Positions 38,541 to 47,689 of a stretch of DNA of 47,874 nt are shown piece after piece. Below the pieces are notes generated by a model. The model searched no databases, was not told the DNA's origin, and saw nothing but the letters and a program-made list of their open reading frames with translations. A program made the position numbers and the translations under genes. The stretch is from Bacteroidota bacterium (GTDB taxonomy: Bacteria > Bacteroidota > Bacteroidia > Flavobacteriales > Flavobacteriaceae): NCBI GenBank assembly GCA_036136835.1, contig JAZABS010000049.1:1-47874 (forward strand), given 5' to 3'. Numbering within the stretch: position 1 is the stretch's first letter; each line of letters begins with the position of its first letter.

Positions 38541-38694
38541 TTCGGTTTTTTTTTTAAAATTATGAATTTTTATGATCAATATCTATTACATATATATTAA
38601 AAATGTAAACTAATTGTTATTATATAGTTAATATCATCCTTTTATTTAGATCTAATTTTATAAGTTGGTATCTTTACATATAATTATAAGCCTT

Positions 38695-39372
38695 GTGAAT
38701 CCAGAAAAAATTAAAATTTTACTTGTTGACGATGAGCCTGATATTCTAGAAATAATTACTTATTCTTTAGAAAATGCTGGATATGAAATATATACTGCAA
38801 CAAATGGTATTGAAGCAGTGGAAAAGGCATCTAAAATAGAACCACATTTAATTATTTTAGATGTTATGATGCCTAAAATGGATGGCATTGAAGCATGTGA
38901 AATTATAAGGAACAATCCTAAAACAAAAAATATCCTAATCACTTTTTTAACTGCAAGAGGAGAAGATTATAGTCAAATTGCTGGTTTTAATGCAGGAGCT
39001 GATGATTATATAACAAAGCCGATAAAGCCAAAAATTCTATTAAGCAAAGTAAAATCTCTACTTAGAAGAATGACAATAAATAAGGATCAAATTATTCAGT
39101 TTGAAGATTTAATTATTGACAGGTCTAGCTATAAAGTTTTATATAAAGGTGAAAAAATAAATTTACCTAGAAAGGAATTTGAATTGCTATATTTGTTAAC
39201 ATCCACACCAGGAAAGGTTTTTAAAAGAGAAAATATTCTTGAATCTGTTTGGGGTAAAGATGTTATAGTAGGAGATAGAACAATAGATGTTCATATTAGA
39301 AAACTTAGAGAAAAAATAGGTAGTTCTTTTTTTGAAACAGTTAAAGGTGTTGGTTATAAATTTGTTATTTAA
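38695..39372 (+). CDS. OmpR/PhoB family response regulator
   Basis: Receiver domain KILLVDDEPDI...LDVMMPKMDG plus a winged-helix output domain (REFELLYLL, RTIDVHIRKLREK). I prefer the GTG at 38695 over the upstream TTG. Confidence 0.85.
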   Translation: MNPEKIKILLVDDEPDILEIITYSLENAGYEIYTATNGIEAVEKASKIEPHLIILDVMMPKMDGIEACEIIRNNPKTKNILITFLTARGEDYSQIAGFNAGADDYITKPIKPKILLSKVKSLLRRMTINKDQIIQFEDLIIDRSSYKVLYKGEKINLPRKEFELLYLLTSTPGKVFKRENILESVWGKDVIVGDRTIDVHIRKLREKIGSSFFETVKGVGYKFVI

Positions 39373-40400
39373 TGCCATTGAAAAACAAACAAAAAAATCC
39401 TTACCAGTTTGCCTTGATTACTGCCAGTTTAATAGGCGTTACTAGTTATTTGATATTTTTATTATTGGGATCTACTTCCATCTTAGGATCTTTTTTAATT
39501 TTTTTAATTTCTTTTTTAGTAATTCAATATAGAACTCAAATTTTCTTATTTAATAGATTTAAGGAATTATATGAGGATTTAGAGATGTTGGATTCACAAA
39601 AAATGAATAAATCTTCTATTTCAACTGACATGGATTCATTGATGGAAAATATAGAAGAATTCGCAAAAAATAAAAAAATAGAAATAGAGTCTTTAAAATC
39701 TCAGGCACAATACAGAAAGGAGTTTATAGGTAATGTAGCACATGAACTCAAGACACCAATTTTTACTATTCAAGGTTATATTTCAAATTTATTAGATGGT
39801 GCAATGGATGATAAAATTCTTCTAGACAAATATTTAAATAGAACAGATAATAGTATTGAAAGGTTAATTTATATTATTAAGGATCTAGACTTAATTACAC
39901 AATTAGAGTCATCTACTATGAATTTAAATATTTCTAGTTTTAATTTAATTGATCTAATTTCTGATATTTTTGAGCAACTTGAGATTAAATCAAAAGAAAA
40001 AAATATCAAATTATTTTTTGACAAGAAATATGATAAAGAAATTTTAGTTAAAGCTGATAAGGCCAGGATAGAGCAGGTAATTACTAATTTATTGGTTAAT
40101 TCTATAAATTATGGAAGTAAAAATGGCAGTACAGAAGTTAGCATTAGCGATTTAACTGAGGATAAATTGATTGTAAGGGTCACGGATAATGGAGATGGTA
40201 TCGATCAGGAACATTTGCCAAGATTATTTGAGAGGTTTTATAGAGTTGATGTAAGTAGAAGCAGAAGCCATGGAGGTTCTGGATTGGGACTAGCCATAGT
40301 TAAGCATATTATTGATGCTCACAATGAAAACATTTATATAAATTCTGAATTAGGAGTTGGAAGTGAGTTTTCATTTACTCTTCAGAAGATTGCAAAATAA
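39372..40400 (+). CDS. sensor histidine kinase (PhoR-like)
   Basis: Two N-terminal TM segments, H-box NVAHELKTPI, and N/G boxes NLLVNSINY, DNGDGI, GGSGLGLAIV. The start overlaps the response regulator stop. Confidence 0.85.
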   Translation: MPLKNKQKNPYQFALITASLIGVTSYLIFLLLGSTSILGSFLIFLISFLVIQYRTQIFLFNRFKELYEDLEMLDSQKMNKSSISTDMDSLMENIEEFAKNKKIEIESLKSQAQYRKEFIGNVAHELKTPIFTIQGYISNLLDGAMDDKILLDKYLNRTDNSIERLIYIIKDLDLITQLESSTMNLNISSFNLIDLISDIFEQLEIKSKEKNIKLFFDKKYDKEILVKADKARIEQVITNLLVNSINYGSKNGSTEVSISDLTEDKLIVRVTDNGDGIDQEHLPRLFERFYRVDVSRSRSHGGSGLGLAIVKHIIDAHNENIYINSELGVGSEFSFTLQKIAK

Positions 40401-40422
40401 AGTAACTTTTAAATTAATTCAT

Positions 40423-41103
40423 TTGGGCAGTAAAAATAAATTAAAAAGATTTAAAGAAAATGAGGGTTTTGAAAATGTAATCCAGCCCTTAAGAGAAGAT
40501 CTAATTAATGATAAATTTAATTACAAAGGAAACTGGAATAAACTAGTTTTTAAGAACAATAATCCTATTGTTATTGAACTTGGCTGTGGTAAAGGAGAGT
40601 ACTCTTTAGGATTAGCCAAAATGTTTCCAGAAAAAAATTTTATTGGAATAGACATTAAGGGTGCTAGATTTTGGAAAGGAGCTAAAATCTCTTTAACAGA
40701 AAAAATTAGTAATGTATTTTTTGTAAGGGCTCAAATTGAGTTGATTGAGAATATTTTTTCTAAGGGTGAAGTTAGTGAAATATGGATAACCTTTCCTGAT
40801 CCACAAATAAAATATAAACGCAACAAACATAGGCTAATAAATATTGATTATATAAATAGATATAAAAACATTTTAGTTCAAGATGGTGTAATTAATTTAA
40901 AAACTGATAGTGAATTTTTTCATGGATATTCTATCGGATTAATTCAAGGAATGGATCATGAAATTATTTATTCAAATCATGATATATACAATAGATCTGG
41001 ATCGCCTTTAGAAGCAACTTCAATTCAAACGTTTTATGAGAATATGTTTTTGGATGAGAACAAACCAATAACTTATTTAAAATTTAGATTTAATTATAAA
41101 TGA
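40423..41103 (+). CDS. trmB: tRNA (guanine-N7)-methyltransferase
   Basis: I prefer the TTG start giving (M)GSKNKLKRFKEN. SAM motif IELGCGKGEY, and FPDPQ.K...NKHRL. Confidence 0.85.
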   Translation: MGSKNKLKRFKENEGFENVIQPLREDLINDKFNYKGNWNKLVFKNNNPIVIELGCGKGEYSLGLAKMFPEKNFIGIDIKGARFWKGAKISLTEKISNVFFVRAQIELIENIFSKGEVSEIWITFPDPQIKYKRNKHRLINIDYINRYKNILVQDGVINLKTDSEFFHGYSIGLIQGMDHEIIYSNHDIYNRSGSPLEATSIQTFYENMFLDENKPITYLKFRFNYK

Positions 41104-41426
41104 TATCTAGTAAAGAATCTTTTTTTAAAAAGGTATATAAAATTGTAAAAAAGATACCTTATGGAAAAGTAACGACATATGGATTAATTGCAAAACATTT
41201 GGGGGCAATAAAAAGTGCAAGAATGGTGGGTTATGCAATGAATTCTTCTCACAAATATTCAGATATCCCTGCACATAGAGTAGTAAACAGAAACGGCATC
41301 TTAACTGGAAGACATCATTTTTCAGGTTCTTTATTAATGCAGGAATTATTAGAAAATGAAGGGATAAATATAATTGACAATAGAATACAAAACTTTACTG
41401 ATGTACTTTGGGATCCTTCCACTTAA
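41100..41426 (+). CDS. alkyltransferase-like (ATL) protein, MGMT DNA-binding domain without acceptor Cys
   Basis: 108 aa with IPYGKVTTYG.IA, SARMVGYAMN and IPAHRVVNRNG. The PCHR active-site Cys is replaced by Ala (codon gca at 41271-41273). Confidence 0.75.
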   Translation: MISSKESFFKKVYKIVKKIPYGKVTTYGLIAKHLGAIKSARMVGYAMNSSHKYSDIPAHRVVNRNGILTGRHHFSGSLLMQELLENEGINIIDNRIQNFTDVLWDPST

Positions 41427-41466
41427 ATAAAGAATTCGTCTTATATTTGTACTAGTTATTAGTTCA

Positions 41467-42576
41467 ATGGTTTTATCAAAAAAAAATATTTTACTACTAT
41501 TTGAAGATCCTAAGTTCAAAGATATTTTAATCAATAATGTTGTAGTTTTTGAAAATGAGGTTGTTATTGATATTACTATAAATAATCCAACGCTTCAAGC
41601 TAAAAAAAAATCAGAATCTTTAATTAAAAATATTATAGATAAGAACTTTAATGAAAAGATTGATCTTACTATTAATACAAAAGTTGAAAAGCCAAAGGAT
41701 AATTTAAACCAAATTAAGGGTAAGCCAATACCAGGAATTAAAAATGTAATTGCAATAGCATCAGGTAAGGGCGGAGTTGGCAAATCAACTATTACCTCTA
41801 ATATTGCAATTTCACTAGATAAGATGGGCTTTTCTGTAGGAATTTTAGATGCAGATATATATGGCCCTTCTATTCCAATTATGTTTGATATAGCCAATTC
41901 AAGACCACTTTCAGTTTCTGTTAATGGCAAGAACAAGATGAGTCCTGTTGAAAGTTATGGTATTAAAATTTTATCTATTGGGTTTTTCACTAAAGCTGAT
42001 CAAGCAGTAATATGGAGAGGCCCAATGGCTTCAAAGGCTTTAAATCAGATGATTTTTGATGCAGCTTGGGGAGACCTAGATTTTTTACTTATTGATTTGC
42101 CACCTGGAACCGGGGATATTCATTTGAGTATATTACAAGCTTTGCCAGTAACTGGATCAGTAATTGTAAGTACTCCTCAAAATATTGCTTTGGCTGATGC
42201 TAGAAAAGGTGTTGCAATGTTTAAGCAAGAGAGTATAAAGGTGCCAGTATTGGGAATTGTTGAAAACATGTCATATTTCATACCAGAAGAATTACCAAAA
42301 AATAAATATTATATCTTTGGTAAGGATGGTGCTAAGAATCTAGCAAGTGATTTAAAGGTTCCCTTTCTAGGCTGTTTACCTATAATACAATCAATTAGGG
42401 AAGCTTCTGATTATGGGCATCCTGTTGCTTTGCAAAAGAAATCAATGATTTCAGACGTTATAGATGACATAACAAGAAATATGATAACTGAACTGGTTAA
42501 AAGGAATAAAGATTTGCCAGCATCGGAGGCTTTAAAAATAACTACAATGGCAGGTTGTTCTGCTATAAATAAATAA
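41467..42576 (+). CDS. apbC: Mrp/NBP35 (ApbC) family Fe-S cluster carrier ATPase
   Basis: Deviant Walker A SGKGGVGKST, an N-terminal DUF59-like domain, 369 aa. Confidence 0.9.
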   Translation: MVLSKKNILLLFEDPKFKDILINNVVVFENEVVIDITINNPTLQAKKKSESLIKNIIDKNFNEKIDLTINTKVEKPKDNLNQIKGKPIPGIKNVIAIASGKGGVGKSTITSNIAISLDKMGFSVGILDADIYGPSIPIMFDIANSRPLSVSVNGKNKMSPVESYGIKILSIGFFTKADQAVIWRGPMASKALNQMIFDAAWGDLDFLLIDLPPGTGDIHLSILQALPVTGSVIVSTPQNIALADARKGVAMFKQESIKVPVLGIVENMSYFIPEELPKNKYYIFGKDGAKNLASDLKVPFLGCLPIIQSIREASDYGHPVALQKKSMISDVIDDITRNMITELVKRNKDLPASEALKITTMAGCSAINK

Positions 42577-42578
42577 AA

Positions 42579-42818
42579 ATGAGTAAATCCAATTTAAAAG
42601 AAAAAGTTGAAAATGCTTTAGAAGAAATAAGGCCTTTTTTAAAGAATGATGGTGGAGATATTTCTTTAATAGAAATTAAGAATAATACTGTAAAAGTTAG
42701 ACTTGAAGGAGCATGTACTTCATGCTCAGTTAATCAAATGACTTTGAAGACTGGTGTTGAGATGACAATAAAAAAGCATGCTCCAGAAATTCAGAATGTT
42801 GTTAATGTAGGAATATAG
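42579..42818 (+). CDS. NifU/Nfu-type Fe-S cluster assembly protein
   Basis: 79 aa with IRP.L..DGGDI and the CxxC motif GACTSCS. Confidence 0.85.
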   Translation: MSKSNLKEKVENALEEIRPFLKNDGGDISLIEIKNNTVKVRLEGACTSCSVNQMTLKTGVEMTIKKHAPEIQNVVNVGI

Positions 42819-42828
42819 CATTTAATTA

Positions 42829-43884
42829 ATGATAAAAACAGATATTTTAATAATTGGAGCTGGCCCAGTTGGGTTATTTACAGTCTTTGAGGCAGGTTTA
42901 TTAAAATTAAAATGTCATTTAATTGATATTCTACCAAAACCTGGAGGCCAATGTTCTGAGCTTTATCCAAAAAAACCAATATATGATATTCCAGCTCATC
43001 CCGAAATATTAGCTGGAGATTTAGTTGACAATCTGCTTAAACAATGCAAGCAATTTCAGCCTGGATTTACTTTAGGTGAAAGAGCAGAAGAAATTATCAA
43101 AAAACCAAATGGAATATTTGAAGTAACCACAGATAAAGGGACTATTCATCAAGCTAAAGTAGTTGCTATTGCCGGTGGATTAGGAGGATTTGAACCAAGA
43201 AAACCAAATTTGGAAAAGATAGATTTCTATGAGAATAATGGCATCTCATATTTTGTTAAAGATCCAAATTTATTTAAAAACAAGAATATCCTTATTGCAG
43301 GAGGCGGTGATTCTGCTTTAGATTGGACAATAGAACTTTCTAATATAGCCTCTAGCCTTACCTTAATTCATAGAAGAAATGAGTTTAGAGGAGCTCTTGA
43401 TTCAGTTGAAAAGGTTCAGGAATTAAAAAATAAAAATAAAATAAAACTTATCACGCCTTCTGAAGTAGTCTCTTTAATTGGAGATAAGAAATTAGAAGCA
43501 GTTGAAATTAAGGTTGGAGATTCAGAAAACTTGATATTGGATGTTGATCATTTTATTCCGCTTTTCGGATTAACTCCAAAACTAGGACCTATTAATGATT
43601 GGGGATTAGAGATAGAGAAAAATTCTATAAAAGTTGATAATTCTCTAGATTATCAAACAAATATTCCAGGAATATTTGCAATAGGTGATATCAATACTTA
43701 TCCAGGAAAACTAAAATTAATATTGTGTGGTTTTCATGAAGCTGCTATGATGTGTCAATCCGCATATAAAATAATTAATCCTGATAAAAAATTTGTTTTA
43801 AAATACACTACAGTTTCAGGTGTAAGTGGTTTTGATGGTACAGTTAAAAAAGCTGATCTACCGGTAAGAAAATCAATAGATTAA
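42829..43884 (+). CDS. thioredoxin-reductase-like ferredoxin--NADP+ reductase
   Basis: FAD motif IIGAGPVGLF, NADPH motif IAGGGDSALDW, GDI.TYPGKLKLI, 351 aa. Confidence 0.8.
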   Translation: MIKTDILIIGAGPVGLFTVFEAGLLKLKCHLIDILPKPGGQCSELYPKKPIYDIPAHPEILAGDLVDNLLKQCKQFQPGFTLGERAEEIIKKPNGIFEVTTDKGTIHQAKVVAIAGGLGGFEPRKPNLEKIDFYENNGISYFVKDPNLFKNKNILIAGGGDSALDWTIELSNIASSLTLIHRRNEFRGALDSVEKVQELKNKNKIKLITPSEVVSLIGDKKLEAVEIKVGDSENLILDVDHFIPLFGLTPKLGPINDWGLEIEKNSIKVDNSLDYQTNIPGIFAIGDINTYPGKLKLILCGFHEAAMMCQSAYKIINPDKKFVLKYTTVSGVSGFDGTVKKADLPVRKSID

Positions 43885-44744
43885 ATCTTAAATTTATAAT
43901 TGGAGAATTCACTTGAGTATGTCTCTTCATTTATATCTGTTTGCATATTTTCTCTTGTTTCACTCCACGAATTATTTTTTTTCATGACATTGTCATAGAT
44001 TGCATCCCATAATCCAATTCTTTTTTCAAGGGCAACTATAGAGATGTCTCTAATTTCTTCCCATTTCAAGGGGTCATTTTCAGCCAGTTCATTGACCATT
44101 TGTAATGCCATAGGGCCATGTTCATCTTCATCTAATTCAATATGCCTTTCGAAATAGTAAATTAATTTAGAAATATCTTTTTCAGTAAAATTGTTTTGAA
44201 ATTCATGTAATATTTCATTAAACATATTTGGTATTAGATTTTCTCTTCCAAATGTAAAAATAGCTGCAATTTTGTGAGGCTTTCCCTCATCAATTATTGA
44301 AAATGTGAATTTTAAGAATTCTTTAATTTTTGGATGAATATCTAATTTTTCTATGGAATTTTCAATGCTATCTGAAGATGATAATAACATTATATTTTTT
44401 TCAATGTTTTCAACTTTTACACCTATATCTATCATTGCATCCAAATATAATTCGTAATGACTTTTTCTTTTTCCATCTTGACTTATATCAGTTTCTTCAG
44501 CTAAAACGATCTCATTAATTAAATAAGCAGTTTCAGAATTTTTATTTGGTGTCCAAGGTACTTTAGTACAAGTTAAATTGTTTTGTAGTGCTTTTAATAA
44601 TGACATAAAATCCCAAACAGCAAATATGTGATTTGATGTGAATATTTGTAAATCTTCTATAGATTTAATTTCAGTATAAAGTTTGTGATTTAGTAATTTT
44701 TCTCTTGGCTCTTTAATAGAGTCTCTTATCTTTTCAACATCCAT
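43881..44744 (-). CDS. DUF3050-like heme-oxygenase-fold protein
   Basis: L.NH.LY..I.S.EDL..F...HIFAVWDFMSLLKALQ...C...PW.P and SHYELYLDAM match my recollection of the DUF3050 (MgoB/PvfA-type) family. 287 aa. Confidence 0.6.
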   Translation of the reverse strand: MDVEKIRDSIKEPREKLLNHKLYTEIKSIEDLQIFTSNHIFAVWDFMSLLKALQNNLTCTKVPWTPNKNSETAYLINEIVLAEETDISQDGKRKSHYELYLDAMIDIGVKVENIEKNIMLLSSSDSIENSIEKLDIHPKIKEFLKFTFSIIDEGKPHKIAAIFTFGRENLIPNMFNEILHEFQNNFTEKDISKLIYYFERHIELDEDEHGPMALQMVNELAENDPLKWEEIRDISIVALEKRIGLWDAIYDNVMKKNNSWSETRENMQTDINEETYSSEFSNYKFKI

Positions 44745-45923
44745 CTATTTAAATGCATTTATTCCAGTAATATCCATCCCTGTAATTAACAGGTGAATAT
44801 CATGCGTTCCTTCATATGTTATTACACTCTCAAGATTCATCATATGTCTCATAATAGAGTAATCTCCAGTAATACCCATTCCACCTAGAATTTGTCTAGA
44901 TTCTCTAGCAATTTTAATTGCCATTTCAACATTATTTCTTTTAGCCATAGAAATCTGTGCCGAAGTAGCTCTGTCCTCATTTTTTAACATCCCAAGTCTC
45001 CATGCCAAAAGCTGAGCTTTTGTAATTTCAGTTATCATTTCTGCAAGTTTTTTCTGTTGTAATTGAAATCCTCCAATAGGTTTTCCAAATTGAATTCTTT
45101 CTTTGCTATATCTAAGAGCTGTGTCATAACAATCCATTGCTGCTCCTATTGCACCCCATGAAATCCCATACCTTGCTGAATCTAGACATCCTAATGGAGC
45201 TCCTAATCCAGATTTATTTGGAAGTAGGTTTTCCTTTGGAACTTTAACATCATCAAATATTAATTCACCTGTTGCACTTGCCCTTAAAGACCATTTATTG
45301 TGAGTTTCGGGAGTAGTAAATCCTTCCATCCCTCTTTCAACAATTAGCCCATGGATTCTATCTTCCTCATTTTTAGCCCATACTATTGCTATATCTGCGA
45401 ATGGAGAATTAGAAATCCAGAGTTTGGCACCATTAAGTAAATAATGATCTCCCATGTCCTTAAAATTTGTAGTCATTCCACCAGGATTGGATCCATGATC
45501 TGGTTCAGTTAGACCAAAGCAGCCCATAAATTCTCCTGAAGCTAGTTTAGGAAGATACTTTTTCTTCTGCTCTTCACTTCCATATTTCCATATAGGGAAC
45601 ATCACTAAAGATGACTGCACAGATGCAGTAGATCTGATACCTGAATCACCTCTTTCTATTTCCTGCATCAATAAACCATATGAAATTTGATCAAGTCCTG
45701 CTCCACCATATTCCTCTGGAATATATGGTCCAAATGCACCAATATCCGCTAACCCTTGAATTAATTGGTCTGGAAATTTTGCATTTTGAGCATATTCTTC
45801 AATAATAGGAGAAACAGATTTTTTGACCCATTCTCTTGCAGAGTCTCTAATTAGTTTATGCTCTTCAGTTAATAGTTCATCAATATTGTAGTAGTCTGGA
45901 GCTTGAAATAGATCTTGTTTCAT
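44745..45923 (-). CDS. gcdH: glutaryl-CoA dehydrogenase-type acyl-CoA dehydrogenase
   Basis: DYY.IDELLTEE..LIRD, GCFGLTEPDHGSNPGGM, and the C-terminal YEGT.DIH. I prefer the ATG at 45923 over the TTG at 45941. Confidence 0.85.
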   Translation of the reverse strand: MKQDLFQAPDYYNIDELLTEEHKLIRDSAREWVKKSVSPIIEEYAQNAKFPDQLIQGLADIGAFGPYIPEEYGGAGLDQISYGLLMQEIERGDSGIRSTASVQSSLVMFPIWKYGSEEQKKKYLPKLASGEFMGCFGLTEPDHGSNPGGMTTNFKDMGDHYLLNGAKLWISNSPFADIAIVWAKNEEDRIHGLIVERGMEGFTTPETHNKWSLRASATGELIFDDVKVPKENLLPNKSGLGAPLGCLDSARYGISWGAIGAAMDCYDTALRYSKERIQFGKPIGGFQLQQKKLAEMITEITKAQLLAWRLGMLKNEDRATSAQISMAKRNNVEMAIKIARESRQILGGMGITGDYSIMRHMMNLESVITYEGTHDIHLLITGMDITGINAFK

Positions 45924-46001
45924 TTTAATGAAATTTTGCAATGCAAATTTAGTTAATGCTTATTGAAGTTTAAATATTTTTGAATTAATTTTTTCAAAAT
46001 T

Positions 46002-47090
46002 CTATTCCTCATTAAAAAAATTAGAAATCAAATTATGAAAATGATGAACTCCTTTTTCTTTAGTAGGTGAAAACCTGCCAGTTTTATAGAAAGATGAATT
46101 TAGTCCTTTTTGAACATTTTGAACTACATGTTCATCTTCCATTTCAACTTTGTCTAAATCTCCGCTAGCACCCATATTTAATTTTGATTCATCAAATACA
46201 TATGATCTAAAAATAATTTTTGTATGAGACATAGACTGAGGTTTGACAAGATTTACAGATATACCCCAAGGATATATATTCAACATTAGGTTTGGAAAAA
46301 TCCAGTAATAATAGGCAGCTATGTTTTTTCCAAAATCAACATGATTTTTTGGTATAATAAAACAATCATCATTTGCTGAAGAATATCCAACTTGAAGATT
46401 AAAATAATCATAAATCTCTGTATCATAGTTTTCATAGTCTAAAACTTCATTTAAATCTTTATGCACAAATGGAACATGAAATCCTTCAAGATAATTGTCA
46501 CAATATAGCGCCCAATGTGCATTTATTTCATAATCCTTGGAAAGAGACTTTTTTGGAGTTAAATTTTTTAACGGGAGAAATCCAATTCTCTTTTCAATTT
46601 CAATTAACACCTTTTTAAAATCAAATCTTGGATTTAGGCCGACAAATAATAATCCATTCCAATTAATTAATGGAAAATTATGAAGATTATCACAATCTCT
46701 AGGAAAATTTAATGCTTCATCAAATTCAGGCATGTATTCAAATTTGCCTTTTTCACTAAATCTCCTTCCATGATATTTACAAATTATTTTTTTTGTTTTA
46801 GAAGGTTTCTCAATTAAAATGTTTCCTCGATGTGAACATACATTACTTATACAATTTATATCTTCATCTTCTAATCTTGTTAAGATAACAGGTTCTGTAA
46901 GATAATTATCTAAAATTGTTAGAGGATATGCAGAGTTTTTTTTAATTAAGGACTCATCACCAACCCATTGCCATGATTTTAAAAAAATTTTTTCTTTTAA
47001 AAGATCAAATGTTTCAGAATTTTTATAAAACGATGCAGGCAATGTCTCAGCCTTTCTAATATCAGGATCTATAAAAATTTTGTTTTTCAT
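46002..47090 (-). CDS. Rieske (2Fe-2S) non-heme iron oxygenase alpha-subunit-like protein
   Basis: Rieske motif CSHRG-x-CKYHG (C-x-H-x16-C-x2-H) and a mononuclear-iron region DNYLEGFHVPFVH. 362 aa. Confidence 0.85.
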   Translation of the reverse strand: MKNKIFIDPDIRKAETLPASFYKNSETFDLLKEKIFLKSWQWVGDESLIKKNSAYPLTILDNYLTEPVILTRLEDEDINCISNVCSHRGNILIEKPSKTKKIICKYHGRRFSEKGKFEYMPEFDEALNFPRDCDNLHNFPLINWNGLLFVGLNPRFDFKKVLIEIEKRIGFLPLKNLTPKKSLSKDYEINAHWALYCDNYLEGFHVPFVHKDLNEVLDYENYDTEIYDYFNLQVGYSSANDDCFIIPKNHVDFGKNIAAYYYWIFPNLMLNIYPWGISVNLVKPQSMSHTKIIFRSYVFDESKLNMGASGDLDKVEMEDEHVVQNVQKGLNSSFYKTGRFSPTKEKGVHHFHNLISNFFNEE

Positions 47091-47100
47091 TTTTTTATAA

Positions 47101-47628
47101 TTAATCTAAATATAATTCAATAAGTCCATTTGGAGCAGAGATATAAATAGTTTTATTTTTTCTATCTATTTTTTCAATTATTTTATCATTGATTGGTATT
47201 AGGATTTGCTTCTTTTGATTTTCTATAACAAATATACTTTGGGATGAAGCATCATTAACAGAAATAATAGATCCAATATTACCATAATTTAAGTCCACTA
47301 CTTTATAACCAATGATTTCATGGTAATAGAATTTTTTCCCTTTTAATTTAGGCAGGAGATTCATTGGTAGGTAAACTTTTTTGTTTAATAAATATGATGC
47401 CTCTTCTTCTGAATTAACATCTTCAAATTTTATTCTAAGTGATGTTTTTTTGTGCATTGAAGATTTTTCAATAAAATGTGGAATAATTTTTCCATTTAAA
47501 TCTATAAATACCGATGAAATGTTATGATACAAATTAGGCTCATCAGTATCAAGATTTAGTATAAGTTCACCTTTAAAGCTATATTTCTTAGTTATCTTTC
47601 CTAAATAGAAGTAGTCCTTTATATCCAT
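47101..47628 (-). CDS. rimM: 16S rRNA processing protein RimM
   Basis: 175 aa. The N-terminal GKI.K..SFKGEL beta-barrel and PRC-barrel C-terminus fit RimM, as does its position downstream of the presumed rpsP. Confidence 0.85.
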   Translation of the reverse strand: MDIKDYFYLGKITKKYSFKGELILNLDTDEPNLYHNISSVFIDLNGKIIPHFIEKSSMHKKTSLRIKFEDVNSEEEASYLLNKKVYLPMNLLPKLKGKKFYYHEIIGYKVVDLNYGNIGSIISVNDASSQSIFVIENQKKQILIPINDKIIEKIDRKNKTIYISAPNGLIELYLD

Positions 47629-47689
47629 AGCATTCTAGCTACAATGATTCATTAGTAGTATTAAATTTAAAATTAATTTTTAGAATAAA

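Noticed and set aside
38586-38690. TTACAT/ATGTAA inverted repeat and a second TTACATATA copy in the LTD/response-regulator intergenic region, a possible Pho-box-like site
   Set aside because: It does not match the CTGTCAT-type Pho box. The spacing of the copies (about 89 bp) does not fit OmpR-family tandem sites. The AT-rich sequence makes chance occurrence likely.
41595-41936. 113-aa minus-strand ORF
   Set aside because: It is antisense to the P-loop region of the Mrp/ApbC gene and is a shadow ORF.
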